A DNA stretch of 64,000 nt from Alphaproteobacteria bacterium (lineage in GTDB: Bacteria; Pseudomonadota; Alphaproteobacteria; MPNO01). The position numbers and the translations under genes were made by a program. The stretch's first letter is position 1; each line of letters opens with the position of its first letter. Shown piece by piece: positions 33,002 through 44,315 of this stretch. The stretch lies in the NCBI GenBank assembly GCA_965248835.1, contig CBDFLJ010000002.1:288001-352000 (forward strand), read 5' to 3'. The notes under the pieces are model-generated. The model saw only the letters and a list, made by a program, of their open reading frames with translations. It made no database searches and was not told the origin of the DNA.

Positions 33002-34309
33002 GTGACCAATCTCGAAATCGGATTCGCCGGAATCGGTGCCGTCCTCGCGCTGATCGCGATCCGAGTGCCGATCGGCGTCGCGCTCGGCGGTGTGTCGATC
33101 GTCGGCATTATCCTTATCCGCGGCCCCGGCGTGGCCGCCGGCGTGGTCAAGAACACGCCGTTCGAGTTCGCCGCCAACTGGTCGATCTCGGCCATCCCGA
33201 TGTTCCTGCTGATGGGAGCGTTGGCGCATCATTCGGGAATCAGCTCGTCGCTGTTCCAGGCCGCGCGGCTGTGGCTCGGCAATCTGCCGGGTGGGCTCGC
33301 GGTCGCCAGCAACTTCGCCTGTGCCGGGTTCTCGGCGGCGTCGGGATCGAGCCTGGCGACCGCGGCCGCGATGGGCCGCATCACCATCCCCGAGATGATC
33401 GGCCATGGCTACGACAAGGGGCTGTCGACCGGCGTGGTGGTCGCGGCGGGAACGCTCGGCTCGCTGATCCCGCCCTCCATCCTGATGGTGCTCTACGGCA
33501 TCTTCGCCGAGACGTCGATCGCGCAGCTCCTGGTCGCAGGCGTGCTGCCTGGAATCCTGACGGCCGTCGTGTACGCGGCGATGATTGTCACACGCTGCGG
33601 GCTCAATCCCAAGCTTGCCCCGCCGGTCCGGGAAAAGATTCCGCTCGGCCGCAAGCTCGCGGCGCTCGGCGGCGTGTGGCCGATCCTGGTGCTGATCCTC
33701 GGCATCATCGGCGGTATCTACTCTGGCCTAGTGACGCCGACGGAGGCCGGCGCCTTCGGCGCGTTCCTGTCCTTGGTGATCGCCGCGCTCCAGCGGCGCA
33801 TGAGCTGGGGCCTATTCAAGACCAGCGTCATGGAAGCCCTCATCGGCACGGCGAAGATCTTCTTTATCGCCATCGGCGCGGTGCTGCTCACCCGCTTCCT
33901 CGCGCTCAGCGGCGTTCCATTCTTCATCGGCGAGATGATCGGCGACTGGGCGCTCGACCCGCTGCTGCTGGTACTGGCGACCTCGCTGATCTACCTGCTG
34001 CTCGGCATGTTTCTCGAGCCGCTCGGGCTGATGCTGCTGACCCTGCCCCTGCTGCTGCCGATGTTCGAGGCGCTCAACCTCGACCTCGTGTGGCTCGGCG
34101 TGCTGGTCATCAAGTATCTCGAGATCGGGCTGATGACGCCGCCGGTTGGATTCAACGTTTATATCGTCAAGAGCGTGGTCGGCGACGAGATTCCGCTCGG
34201 CACCATCTTCCGCGGCGTGGTCTGGTTCCTTGCCTGCGAAGTCGTCGTCGTCGCGCTGCTCGTGGCCTTCCCGGAGATATCCCTGTTCCTCCCCCAATTG
34301 ATGAGATGA
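33002..34309 (+). CDS. dctM: TRAP transporter large permease
   Basis: AIPMFLLMG, GTLGSLIPPS, TPTEAGA, TPPVGFNVY. Confidence 0.92.
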   Translation: MTNLEIGFAGIGAVLALIAIRVPIGVALGGVSIVGIILIRGPGVAAGVVKNTPFEFAANWSISAIPMFLLMGALAHHSGISSSLFQAARLWLGNLPGGLAVASNFACAGFSAASGSSLATAAAMGRITIPEMIGHGYDKGLSTGVVVAAGTLGSLIPPSILMVLYGIFAETSIAQLLVAGVLPGILTAVVYAAMIVTRCGLNPKLAPPVREKIPLGRKLAALGGVWPILVLILGIIGGIYSGLVTPTEAGAFGAFLSLVIAALQRRMSWGLFKTSVMEALIGTAKIFFIAIGAVLLTRFLALSGVPFFIGEMIGDWALDPLLLVLATSLIYLLLGMFLEPLGLMLLTLPLLLPMFEALNLDLVWLGVLVIKYLEIGLMTPPVGFNVYIVKSVVGDEIPLGTIFRGVVWFLACEVVVVALLVAFPEISLFLPQLMR

Positions 34310-34314
34310 ACTGG

Positions 34315-34500
34315 TGATCCTCCCCCACTGAATTGGTCGATCCTTAAATTTTGGAACAAGGAGGACCGAGGATGGCGAGGAAGCGTCACAAGCCGGAGGA
34401 GATTGTCGGCAAGCTGCGGCAGGCAGAGGTTCTGCGTGGGCAGGGCATGTCGATGGCGGATGCGATCCGGCAGCTGGGGATCAGCGAGGCCACGTTTTAT
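34315..34500 (+). mobile_element. IS3-family left end with truncated orfA
   Basis: Begins TGATCCTCCCCC; RBS and MARKRHKPEEIVGKLRQAEVL...LGISEATFY HTH, cut at 34500. Confidence 0.8.
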
Positions 34501-34639
34501 CTCTATGGACGGCTCTCCCGTTGCAAGGGATGTTGAGATGAGCGGCTGGGTCAGTTGCAAACATCTATCCGGCATCGCCCGTGTCGGGGTGCCCAAATGG
34601 GGAATCCGCGCGCACCCGCCTCTACAGGTGGTAGGCCTC
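34501..34639 (-). mobile_element. Probable IS110/IS1111-family non-coding end fragment
   Basis: Minus strand ...GCCGGATAGATG...CTTGCAACGGGAGAGCCGTCCATAGAG resembles IS1111-type right ends as recalled; no transposase left. Confidence 0.5.
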
Positions 34640-34640
34640 T

Positions 34641-35277
34641 AGGCTCTGGACCCATAAAAGAGCTTTACGGTTCTGTTTGGATCCGATCCAAGCTTCCAAA
34701 CCGTGGGAGCTTGAGAATGTCGGAGAGCTTTTGGCTGAGCGACGAGCAGTTTGGACGTCTGGCGCCGTTGTTGCCGACGGACACGCGCGGCGTGCCGCGG
34801 GTTGACGACCGGCGGGTGATATCAGGGATCATCCATGTTCTTCGATCGGGCTGAAGGTGGAAGGATGCGCCGGCGGAATACGGCCCGCACAAGACGCTGT
34901 ACAACCGCTTTGTCCGCTGGGCGCGACGGCTGATCGTCGGGGCGGGCCATCGCGGCGACGCACCGATTGGCGGCGCGCCTGATCGGTGCCATGGCGCCCG
35001 GCTTGTGCATCGCTGATGCCGCCTACGACAGCGACGCGCTCCGCGACCTGCTTCTCGACCGGGGCACCATCCCGGTCATCCCCAACAACCCGACCCGCAA
35101 ACGGCATCACCCGTTCGATCGTCAGGCCTACCGCCTGCGCAACGTGATCGAACGTGCCTTCGCCCGACTCAAGGACTGGCGCTGGATCGCCACCCAGTAC
35201 GACAAACTCGCCCTGACCTACACCGCCGCCGTCACCATCGCCGCCATCGTCATTTGCTGGTTATGAGTCTGGAGCCT
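34641..35277 (+). mobile_element. IS5-family (IS427-like) element, internally deleted, pseudo-transposase
   Basis: IRs AGGCTCTGGACCCATA / TATGAGTCTGGAGCCT; WLSDEQF...DDRRVISGI...SG*RWKDAP joined to ADAAYDSD...YRLRNVIERAF...ICWL. Confidence 0.85.
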
Positions 35278-35366
35278 GGGGCAGGGGGAGCACAGGGGGG
35301 TAGGAAAAGCTTGCCGAGGGGGTCAATACCCATAGACTGTCGGACCACAGGAGAAGAGGTGGGACC

Positions 35367-36833
35367 ATGAAACCATCATTGACCAGGGTATCGACGGTCG
35401 CTCTTGCGGCCGCGCTTTGCTTGAGCATCGGCGCTGCGGCTCCCGCGCTCGCCCAGGACGGCGTCGCGCAGCGCGCGATCGACGGTGCCAAGGCGTATGT
35501 CAAGCAGCACAATCTCAAGAACCCGAAGCTCGACATTCTGCTGAATTCGCTCTACCGCAACTCGTTCCCCGATTTCGCGGCCGAGTGGAAGCAGCTGACG
35601 GGTGTCGAGGTGGACTCGGAGCCGCTCGGCTACACCGACATCCCGAGCAAGGTCATGGGTGAGGCGGTCGCCAAGACCGGCGCGTTCGACATGTTCAACG
35701 ACTTTCCCTACACCCAGCCCGACGCGGCGAGCGCCGGCGTCCTGAAGCCGCTCGATGAGTATGCGGCCAAGTACAAGCCGGATTTCTCGGGCATCCCCGA
35801 AGCGTTCATCGCCCAGCAATACTATAACGGCAAGCAGTACAGCTTCGTCCTCGACGGCGACCACATCATCCTGGTGCTGCGCAAGGACATCGTCCAGAAC
35901 CCCATGGCGCGTGCCGAGTTCAAGGCGGCGACCGGCAAGGATCTCGGCTGTCCCGCGACGATGGCCGAGTGGGAGGAGCAGGCCAAGTTCTTCCACACCA
36001 AGGCGGGCCAGACCCGCTGGGGCGTCAAGTTCGACAAGCCGCTCTACGGCGCCATGGGCTACCGGTCGATCAAGTTTTCGCATCGGCATTTCCCGGCCTA
36101 TTTCGGCGGACTCCTGTTCGACCAGAAGATGAACCCGCGGATCAACACCAAGCAGGGCGTCAACGCGATCACCGCTTTCGCCTCGATCGTCCAGTACATG
36201 CCCGAGGACATCCAGGGCTGGGGGACGCCGCAGATCTACCCCTTCTGGGGCAGCGGGCAGGCCTATTCGGTGATGTCGTTCCCGTCGATCTTCGGTTTCG
36301 GCAACGCCAACCCCAAGAGCACGGTCAAGGGCATCCAGAAGCCCTGCGTGATTCCGGCAACGGATGCGGGCGGCAAGCTGGTGCGCCGCGCCGCCGAGGC
36401 GGCGGGGACGAGCTACATGGTCAACACCTATAGCGACCATCCCGAGCTCGCCTATCTGTTCATCCAGTGGCTGACCAGCCCGTCGGTCGGCAACCGGGCG
36501 ATCGCCCACCCCAGGGGCTTCTGGGACCCGTTCCGCAAGCACAACCTGGGCGATGCCGGCATCATCAAGAAGTTCTCCAACGAGTTCCTCGAGACCACGA
36601 TGGAGAACGCCCAGTACACGACCTCGCTGCTCTATATCGAGGGCCATTACGAGTACATGAAGATCCTCGACAACAACCTCGCCGACGTGATGAACAAGAA
36701 CATCTCGCCTGCCGAGGCGGCGAAGAAGATCGAGCGGCGCTGGAACGCCGTGACCGAGGATATCGGCCGCGACGAGCAGATCGAGGCCTGGCTCAAGGGC
36801 GTCGCGACCGGTCTCTATGTCGACCGGTTCTAG
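35367..36833 (+). CDS. Carbohydrate ABC transporter substrate-binding protein
   Basis: Signal peptide; CUT1-type SBP features; first gene of the ABC operon. Confidence 0.85.
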   Translation: MKPSLTRVSTVALAAALCLSIGAAAPALAQDGVAQRAIDGAKAYVKQHNLKNPKLDILLNSLYRNSFPDFAAEWKQLTGVEVDSEPLGYTDIPSKVMGEAVAKTGAFDMFNDFPYTQPDAASAGVLKPLDEYAAKYKPDFSGIPEAFIAQQYYNGKQYSFVLDGDHIILVLRKDIVQNPMARAEFKAATGKDLGCPATMAEWEEQAKFFHTKAGQTRWGVKFDKPLYGAMGYRSIKFSHRHFPAYFGGLLFDQKMNPRINTKQGVNAITAFASIVQYMPEDIQGWGTPQIYPFWGSGQAYSVMSFPSIFGFGNANPKSTVKGIQKPCVIPATDAGGKLVRRAAEAAGTSYMVNTYSDHPELAYLFIQWLTSPSVGNRAIAHPRGFWDPFRKHNLGDAGIIKKFSNEFLETTMENAQYTTSLLYIEGHYEYMKILDNNLADVMNKNISPAEAAKKIERRWNAVTEDIGRDEQIEAWLKGVATGLYVDRF

Positions 36834-36851
36834 CCCGGTCAACGCCCGTCT

Positions 36852-36897
36852 GGGCGCCGGCGTGCCTCCCCGCCCCCGGGGCGGCGCGCCGGCGCCC
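36852..36897 (+). other. GC-rich intergenic stem-loop after the SBP gene
   Basis: GGGCGCCGGCGTGCC...GGCGCGCCGGCGCCC 15-bp stem; typical position for an mRNA-stabilising hairpin. Confidence 0.5.
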
Positions 36898-36908
36898 ATG
36901 ACGCGACC

Positions 36909-37871
36909 TTGAACGCCGCGCTCTCCCCCCGCAGCAACCGACCGTTCGGCAGGCTCGGCGCCTGGCTCGCCCAGGAGCGGGTGTTCCGCTGGATCCCGTT
37001 CGCGCTGGTCGAGGCCACCTTCGTCCTCGTCATCATCATCCCGTTCGTCCTGACCATCTACATCAGCTTCCTGCGCTGGCGCGCCAACCGGCCGTTCGAG
37101 CAGGCCTATCTGTCGGGATTCCGCAATTACGAGCAGGTGCTGACCGACATCGGCTTCTGGGCATCGCTCGGACGCACCTTCTATTTCGCCGGCGCGGCGG
37201 TGGTCTTCGAACTGGTGATCGGCTTCATCCTGGCGATGCTGGTCCACCGCGTCATCCGCGGCCAGCGCTTCTACATCACCCTCTTCCTGGTCCCGATGAT
37301 GATCGTGCCGGTGGTCGCCGGGTACAACTTCTCGATGATCTATCTCGACAGCGGTCCGCTCAACCAGGTGCTCTCGCCGCTGATGCACGTGCTCGGCGTC
37401 GATCCGCGCATCCGCTGGCTCTCGGACCCGACCGCGGCCCAGCTCGCGATCATCTTCGCCGACATCTGGCAATGGACCTCGCTGACCTTCCTGATCTTCC
37501 TCTCGGGCTTCGCCGCGCTCCCGCCCCAGCTCATCAACGCGGCCAGGGTGATGGGGGCGAACCGGCGGCAGATCTTCTTCTGGGTCGAATTGCCGCTGCT
37601 CAGGCCGGTGATCGTGATCGCGGTGGTGATCCGCTCGATGGAGGCGCTCAAGCTGTTCGACCCGGTGGTGCTGCTCACCTTCGGCGGGCCCGGAACCTCG
37701 ACCCAGACCATCGCCTTCTATCTCTGGGAGCAGGTCTGGGAGTTCAACAAGTACAGCTTCGGCGCCGCCGCCTCGGTCCTGCTGCTGATTCTGTTCTCGG
37801 CCCTGATCTTCACCGGCATCTGGCTGATGGTGCGCCAGCGCGCCCAGATCGAGCGCGAGCGGGCAACATGA
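36909..37871 (+). CDS. Carbohydrate ABC transporter permease
   Basis: DIWQWT, EAA-loop INAARVMGA, LPLLRP; TTG start uncertain. Confidence 0.88.
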   Translation: MNAALSPRSNRPFGRLGAWLAQERVFRWIPFALVEATFVLVIIIPFVLTIYISFLRWRANRPFEQAYLSGFRNYEQVLTDIGFWASLGRTFYFAGAAVVFELVIGFILAMLVHRVIRGQRFYITLFLVPMMIVPVVAGYNFSMIYLDSGPLNQVLSPLMHVLGVDPRIRWLSDPTAAQLAIIFADIWQWTSLTFLIFLSGFAALPPQLINAARVMGANRRQIFFWVELPLLRPVIVIAVVIRSMEALKLFDPVVLLTFGGPGTSTQTIAFYLWEQVWEFNKYSFGAAASVLLLILFSALIFTGIWLMVRQRAQIERERAT

Positions 37872-38785
37872 ACGGCCGCCGCCGCGACCGCAGGCCGATC
37901 TACCGCCACGCGGTCCTGATCGCCTGGACGATGATCATCATGTTCCCGATCTACTGGATGTTGCAGACCTCGTTCAAGGACGCCGGCGAATGGGTGACCT
38001 GGCCGCCGCATTGGATCCCGCACGACCCGACGCTCAGGAACTACGAGCAGATCTTCACCTTCGACGTCCAGCAGGCCGGGGTCGCCCGCGACGCCAGCGA
38101 ACAGCCGTTCAGCATCTGGGGCTCGCTGTTCGATTCGATGCTGATCTGCACCATCTCCTCGCTGATCGCGCTGTTCATGGGCACCTTCCTGGCCTATGCG
38201 ATCTCGCGCTTCAACGTCGGCGGCGGCAAGTTCCGCCACATGGTGCTGATGGTCCGCATGATCCCGCCGATCGTGATCGCGATCCCGCTTCTGATGTATT
38301 ACGCGGTGCTGATCCCGTTCTCGACCGAGGCGGTGTTCGGGGTCCGTATCAGCCTGTTCGATACCAGGACAGGCATGAGCATGCTCTACGTGACGATCAC
38401 GCTCCCCTTCGTCATCTGGATGATGCTGAGCTTCATCGACGAGGTGCCCTATACGCTCGAGCACGCCGCACGGATCATGGGGGCGGGGCGGATCTATACG
38501 CTGCGCAAGGTGGTCCTGCCGCTGGTCGCCTCGGGCATGGTGGTGACCTTCCTGTTCGTCTTCATCCTGAACTGGGCGGAGTTCCTGCTCGCACTCACGC
38601 TCACTCACCCGGACGTCTCGACGCTGCCGGTGCTGCTCAACAAGTTCCAGAGCGCCTCCGAAGGACGGCTCTACGGCCCTCAGGCGGCGATCGGCACGGT
38701 GATCACGATCCCGGTGGTGGTGCTCGGCATTCTCATCCAGAAGCATTTGGTCAAGGGCTTCAGCTTCGGCATGATGCGGCGGTGA
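37868..38785 (+). CDS. Carbohydrate ABC transporter permease
   Basis: ATGA overlap with upstream gene; LEHAARIMGA, WAEFLLA, QKHLVKG. Confidence 0.88.
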   Translation: MNGRRRDRRPIYRHAVLIAWTMIIMFPIYWMLQTSFKDAGEWVTWPPHWIPHDPTLRNYEQIFTFDVQQAGVARDASEQPFSIWGSLFDSMLICTISSLIALFMGTFLAYAISRFNVGGGKFRHMVLMVRMIPPIVIAIPLLMYYAVLIPFSTEAVFGVRISLFDTRTGMSMLYVTITLPFVIWMMLSFIDEVPYTLEHAARIMGAGRIYTLRKVVLPLVASGMVVTFLFVFILNWAEFLLALTLTHPDVSTLPVLLNKFQSASEGRLYGPQAAIGTVITIPVVVLGILIQKHLVKGFSFGMMRR

Positions 38786-38799
38786 CGGGGAACCAAATC

Positions 38800-39870
38800 G
38801 TGGCAAACATCGTCCTGAAGGAGCTCGTCAAGCGGTTCGGTGACATCACCGCCGTCAACGGCGTCAACCTGGACATCGAGGACGGGGAGTTCCTGATCCT
38901 GGTCGGGCCGTCGGGCTGCGGGAAGACGACGACGCTCAACATGATCTCCGGCCTGGTCGCCCCCACCAGCGGCGAGATCATGATCGGCGAGCGCAACGTC
39001 ACCCATGTCGAGCCGGGCGAGCGCGGGCTCGGGATGATGTTCCAGGACCTGGCTCTGTTCCCGCATATGACGGTGTTCGAGAACATCGCCTTCGGTCTCA
39101 GGGTCAAGCAGATGCCCGACCGCGAGATCGCCGACCAGGTGCGCAAGGTGGCCGAGTCGTTGCATATCGCGGCGCTGCTCGACAAGCGGCCGGGCGAGTG
39201 CTCGGGCGGCGAGGCGCAGCGGGTGGCGCTGGCTCGGACCATCGTCACCAACCCCTCGGTCTATCTGATGGACGAGCCGCTCTCGAGCCTCGACGCCAAG
39301 CTCAGGGTCGACATGCGGACCGAGCTCAAGGGGCTGCACGAGCGGCTCGGCAACACCTTCGTCTATGTGACCCACGACCAGGCCGAGGCGATGACCATGG
39401 CCGACCGAATCGTGGTGATGAATCTGGGCGAGATCGAGCAGGTCGGCGGCCCGCTCGACATCTACCGCAGGCCGGTCACCCGTTTCGTCGCCGGGTTCTT
39501 CGGCATGCCGACGATGAACTTCCTGGAAGGCGGGATCGAGGCCCGGGACGGGGGGCCGCGTTTCGTGAGCGGGAATCTGAGCGTCGCCCTGTCCGCCGAC
39601 CTGCCCGCCGGGCTCGCCGGAAGGCGGAGCGTCCTCGGCGTCCGCTCCGAGCACGTGACGACCGGCGCGGGCGGCATGTCGGGGACCGTCAGGATCGTCG
39701 AGCCGCTCGGCGACGCGACGCTGGTCTTCTTCGAGTTCGGCGGCGCCGGCCGGCTGGTCGCCAAGACCGACCCCGACCTGACGTTTCGCCCCAACGACCC
39801 GGTGACCTTCGACTTCGATGCCGCGCACTGCCACCTGTTCGATCCCGCCGACGGCGCAAGGCTGAATTAG
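38800..39870 (+). CDS. ABC transporter ATP-binding protein (MalK-like)
   Basis: GPSGCGKT, SGGEAQR, MDEPLSSLD, YVTHDQ, TOBE tail. Confidence 0.93.
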   Translation: MANIVLKELVKRFGDITAVNGVNLDIEDGEFLILVGPSGCGKTTTLNMISGLVAPTSGEIMIGERNVTHVEPGERGLGMMFQDLALFPHMTVFENIAFGLRVKQMPDREIADQVRKVAESLHIAALLDKRPGECSGGEAQRVALARTIVTNPSVYLMDEPLSSLDAKLRVDMRTELKGLHERLGNTFVYVTHDQAEAMTMADRIVVMNLGEIEQVGGPLDIYRRPVTRFVAGFFGMPTMNFLEGGIEARDGGPRFVSGNLSVALSADLPAGLAGRRSVLGVRSEHVTTGAGGMSGTVRIVEPLGDATLVFFEFGGAGRLVAKTDPDLTFRPNDPVTFDFDAAHCHLFDPADGARLN

Positions 39871-39874
39871 GGGA

Positions 39875-40376
39875 GACGGGCCGCGTTGGCACCATGACCC
39901 ACGACGATGAGCGCAACGCAACGACCACGCTATTCGCCGCCCTGAACGTCTTCGACGGCACGGTCATCGGCCGCAATATGCAGCGTCATCGCCACCAGGA
40001 ACTCATCCGCTTCCTCAACACGATCGAGGTCGAGGCGCCGGTCGGTAAAGCCGCTCAAGTCATTCTCGACAATTACGCCGCCCACAAACACCCGAAGGTC
40101 CGGCGCTGGCTCGATCGTCATCCACGCTGGACCTTTCACTTCACGCCGACATCCTGCTCTTGGCTCAACGCCCTGGAAGATTTCTTCGCAAAACACGCCA
40201 AACGCCGCCTCGAACGCGGCGTCTTCCGCTCCGTGGTCGACCTTCAGGCCGCCATCAACCGGTTCGTCGCTGAGCACAACCAAAGCGAGGCCAAGCCATT
40301 CCGTTGGACCGTAGACCTCGACGAAATCATCGCCGGCGTCAAACGCGGGCACCAAACGTTAGATTCCATCCACTAG
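39875..40376 (+). mobile_element. IS630-family transposase 3' remnant
   Basis: GTMTHD...TTTLFAALNV...ILDNYAAHKHP...FTPTSCSWLNALE; ends CCACTAG; 5' half missing. Confidence 0.88.
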
Positions 40377-43373
40377 GTGGCGTCGGGTGACTTCTGGCCT
40401 CTCAGTCCCCGCAGCTACTGGATCAAGCCCTTCGGCAAGTGGCCCTGCGGGGGCTCTCTTCGAGGGCCAAGTCGCCGCACACTACCTGCTCACAATGCTC
40501 GCTGAAGCCGATCCGCGCGGACTGCCGGGCGTGTCTATCGAACGGATCGAGCTGCAGCGCGCAGGTGAAGGGCATCCCCTCGATGACGTCGTCGTCCACG
40601 GCATCACGCGGACAGGCGAGCCAGCAACGCTGGAGGTGCAGGTCAAGCGCACGATCACCTTCTCCCCCGGCGACACGGTGTTCAAGGACGTTGTAGGGCA
40701 ACTCGCACAAGCTTTCCGAACGCTCGATCTCGCCCATCACCGCCATCAGTTCGCCGTCTCGACCGAGCGCACCTCCTTCAAGATCACCGGTCCTTATCAG
40801 GATGTGCTGCGCTGGGCGCGCGAGGTTAGCTCGGCAGCGGTCTTCATCGGGCGGATCAACCGGGAAAAGGTCGGCAATGACAATATGCGCGCCTTTGTGC
40901 AAACAGTGCGTTCTCATCTTCTGGACGCCGGCTGCGCGAACGACGACGAGACCATTTGGCAGGTCCTGCGCCGCTTTCAGATCCTGATCTTCGACTATGA
41001 CGCACCCGGCTCCCAATCGCTCGAACTGGCACTTGAGCGGGCACGGAATCTGCTCGAACCGAGCGATGCGACGCGGGCCAGCGCCTTCTGGAAGGTCCTA
41101 ACCGAGACCGCGATCCGGGCTGCCGCTTCGGGCGGCGACCTCGACCGCGCACAGCTTCTCTCCGAAATCACAAGAATCAACGGCTTCCGGCTGCTCGGCT
41201 CGCCCCGCAATCGGATGCCGCGCGAAACCCTCGACGAAGCCGCCGGCCTCACCGCCGCCGACCTGCGCGGGAGCATCGCCGGGGTGACCTTGGCGCGCTC
41301 AAGCCAGCTCGACGCCGTGCGCGAGGCGCGCGATGAGGGCCGCTATGTCGAAATTCGCGGCGACCCAGGTGTCGGCAAGTCTGGCCTCCTAGGGATGCTC
41401 GTCGACCAGACACTCAACGAAGCACACACGATCGTTTTCACCCCGGAGCGGACGCTTCCCGGAGGCTGGTTGGCTTTCAAATCCGCGCTGCAGATTGAGA
41501 GCGGACCCGAGGCATTTCTCGCAGACCTCGCGAGCGATGGTGGCGCCGTACTCTTCGTCGACAGCCTCGACTTCTTCGACGACGTCGACAAGCGCGCCAC
41601 GGTCGTAGACCTGATTCGAGTGGCCGCCTCGATACCCACGTTCCAAGTGATCGTCACTGCGCGGAGCGACTTTGGCGAGGACGAACCGAATTGGCTGCCT
41701 TCGGAGACCGTCACAAAGCTCGGCCGCGCTCGACCTGTTTTGCTCGAAGAGCTGGGACCCGAGGAGATAGAGGAGCTCAGAGCCGCTGCGCCTTCCTTGA
41801 GCGCCCTGCTCGCCGACGACCATCCCGCCCGTGCGGTCGCCCGCAACCTCTTCCGGCTGGCGCGCCTGCTAGAAGTAAAGGGTTCAACCGATCAACTCCG
41901 GTCGGAAGTGGATCTAATTGAGCGTTGGTGGACGACGGCCGATGGCCCGGACACGGATCGACGCGGACGGGCGCGCCTGCTTGTCGATCTGACAGACGCT
42001 ATTCTTGCGGGCCGCGATCGCTTGGAGGTCCGCGCTACGTCGTCTGCCGTGGATGCCCTGATCACGAGCGGTACTCTCCGCGAGCTCGACCTCGACCGAC
42101 TCGCGTTTCGACATGATGTCCTCCGCGATTGGGGCGTGGCGGCACGCCTGCACGGCGACTTGGATAAGGTCAACCAGCTTCCGCTCAACCGTGCGGCGCC
42201 CGTCTCGCTAGCGCGGGGCGTCGAACTCGGCGCGCGGTTTGCGCTGGAGCGGTCCGAGGATGGCCAGGCTTGGATCGAGTACGTCGACCGGGTTAGTCAC
42301 GACGGGGCCCATGCATCCTGGCGCCGCTGGTCTCTTCTCGCGATCGTTCGCTCGGAACTCGCCTTCACGCTATTGGATCGAGCGTCTGCGGCACTGATGG
42401 AGAATGACGGCGCGCTATTGCGAGAACTGATCCGCACAGCGATTGCGGTCGAGTCTCGACCGCTCGCTGAAACGCTCGCCGAAGTTGGCGTCGAAGCGGG
42501 ATCAATCCCCGCCGGCATCTACGGCCCAACGAATCGCTCTTGGGAGCGTCTAGCGCGCTGGTTGCTCGCGAGGCAAGCCTGTCTGCCGCTGCAAGGGCTT
42601 CCCGACGTTGTCGAGCTATTCCAGAGCCTCTCTGCGTCCATGTTCTTCGCCGATCCAATAATTACGCCGAGAATGGCCATAGCGCTCGCCGACTGGCTCG
42701 ATGAGGTCGAGGACGCTCTGGATCATCGTTTGTCCTCGGCCGATCCGCCGAGGTTCGCGAGCGCGTTCCGGAATCATGATTTGCAGAAGCTGGCTGGCGA
42801 TGTACGGCAGGCGTTTCTCCTTATGGCCGCCCGCGTGCCCGAGCGGGCGCAAAGCTATTTGTGCCGGCTACTCAGGCGGCGAAATCCCGATCACACAATC
42901 CGCGACATCATGAAATTCCGCGGAACACTGGCGCAGGCGGCGCCTGCAGAGCTCGTTGAACTCACGCTGGCAGGGCTGATCCCAAAGGATGACCAGAAGC
43001 ACCGGAGCACGATCCGAAACGAAGCGTTCACACATCTCGACAGTGACTTCCTACCAAGTTCGCCCTCGCAGGGCCCATTTCTCGACTTGCTCAACGTGGC
43101 ACCAGAACATGGCCTCAGCCTCATCCGGCGCCTGGTCGATCACGCGATCGCCGCCCGCAGCGGCGGACGTGAACCGGGCGATGACGGGATCACGCTCCTC
43201 CTTCCGACCGGTCCGCGTGTCTTTCCGTGGTCACACTCCTATCTCTGGTCGCGACAGGCCGGCGGCTGCTACGCGGTTGCATCTGGCCTCTTGGCGCTCG
43301 AAGCATGGGCACATGCCCGGATCGAACGAGGAAATGTTCCAGAGCAGGTCGTAGCCGATCTTCTTGGGCCTGA

Positions 43374-44315
43374 GAGCCCTTCCGGAAAGTTCTTGAATCG
43401 GAAGAATCGTTTGTGATTCTGTGCTGGGCATCCGGTTTACAGGAGGAAGCCCGATGTGGACTGCGGAACACCGCCGCGCGGCGGAGCGTCGCGGACTTCG
43501 CTATCCGAGTGATCTGACCGACGCCGAGTGGGCGCTGATCGCGCCAATGATCCCGCCTGCCAAGCGCGGCGGGCGCAAGCGCTCAGTCGACGTGCGCGAG
43601 GTTCTGAACGGCATCTTCTACGTGCTGTCCACGGGCTGCCAGTGGAATGCACTGCCCAAGGATCTGCCGCCGAAGTCGACGGTGTACGACTATTTCGATC
43701 TATGGGAGTGGGATGGCACGCTGGAGCGGATCCATCATGAACTCTACGTCGCGGTGCGCGATGAGGAAGGACGCGAAGCCAGCCCGTCGGCCGCGGTCAT
43801 CGACAGCCAGAGCGCCAAGGCGGCGCAAAAAGGGGGGCGTCGATCGACGATCAAGGCTTCGATGCGGGCAAGAAGGTCACCGGTCGCAAGCGGCACATCA
43901 TGGTCGACACGCTCGGCCTGATGCTGGGCATCGTGGTGCATTCCGGCGACGTTCAGGATCGCGACGGTGCCCACGAGCTCTTGCGCCGCACCCGGCGACG
44001 GTTCCCATTCATCGAGGTGATCTACGCCGACGGCGGCTATCAGGGACCGAAGATGGCCGCGACTGTCGCCAAGACCGGGGGGTGGCGGCTCGAGATCGTC
44101 AAGCGCAACGACGTGCCCCGCTTCGAGGTGCTGCCAAAGCGTTGGATTGTCGAACGCACCTTCGCCTGGATCAGCCGCAACAGGCGCCTCGCTCGCGACT
44201 TCGAACGTCACGTTCGATCCGTCGTCGCCTTCATCCGACTCGCCATGATCCGCATCATGCTGCGCAGACTCGCCGCAACACACTCACCATAGATTCAAAC
44301 TTTCCGGATCGGCTC
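43374..44315 (+). mobile_element. IS5-family (IS1031-like) element, apparently intact
   Basis: IRs GAGCCCTTCCGGAAAGTT.. / ..AACTTTCCGGATCGGCTC; 3-bp TGA duplication at 43371-43373 and 44316-44318. Confidence 0.93.
43454..44292 (+). CDS. IS5-family transposase joined by a -1 frameshift
   Basis: RYPSDLTDAEW...IDSQSAK, then AAAAAGGGGGG at about 43827-43837, then GFDAGKKVTGRKRH...ADGGY...RWIVERTFAW. Confidence 0.88.

Noticed and set aside
34852-34854. In-frame TGA at a Cys position in the IS5 transposase (SG*RW) as a second Sec codon
   Set aside because: The element is internally deleted and decayed and this is not a redox motif; a nonsense mutation is more likely
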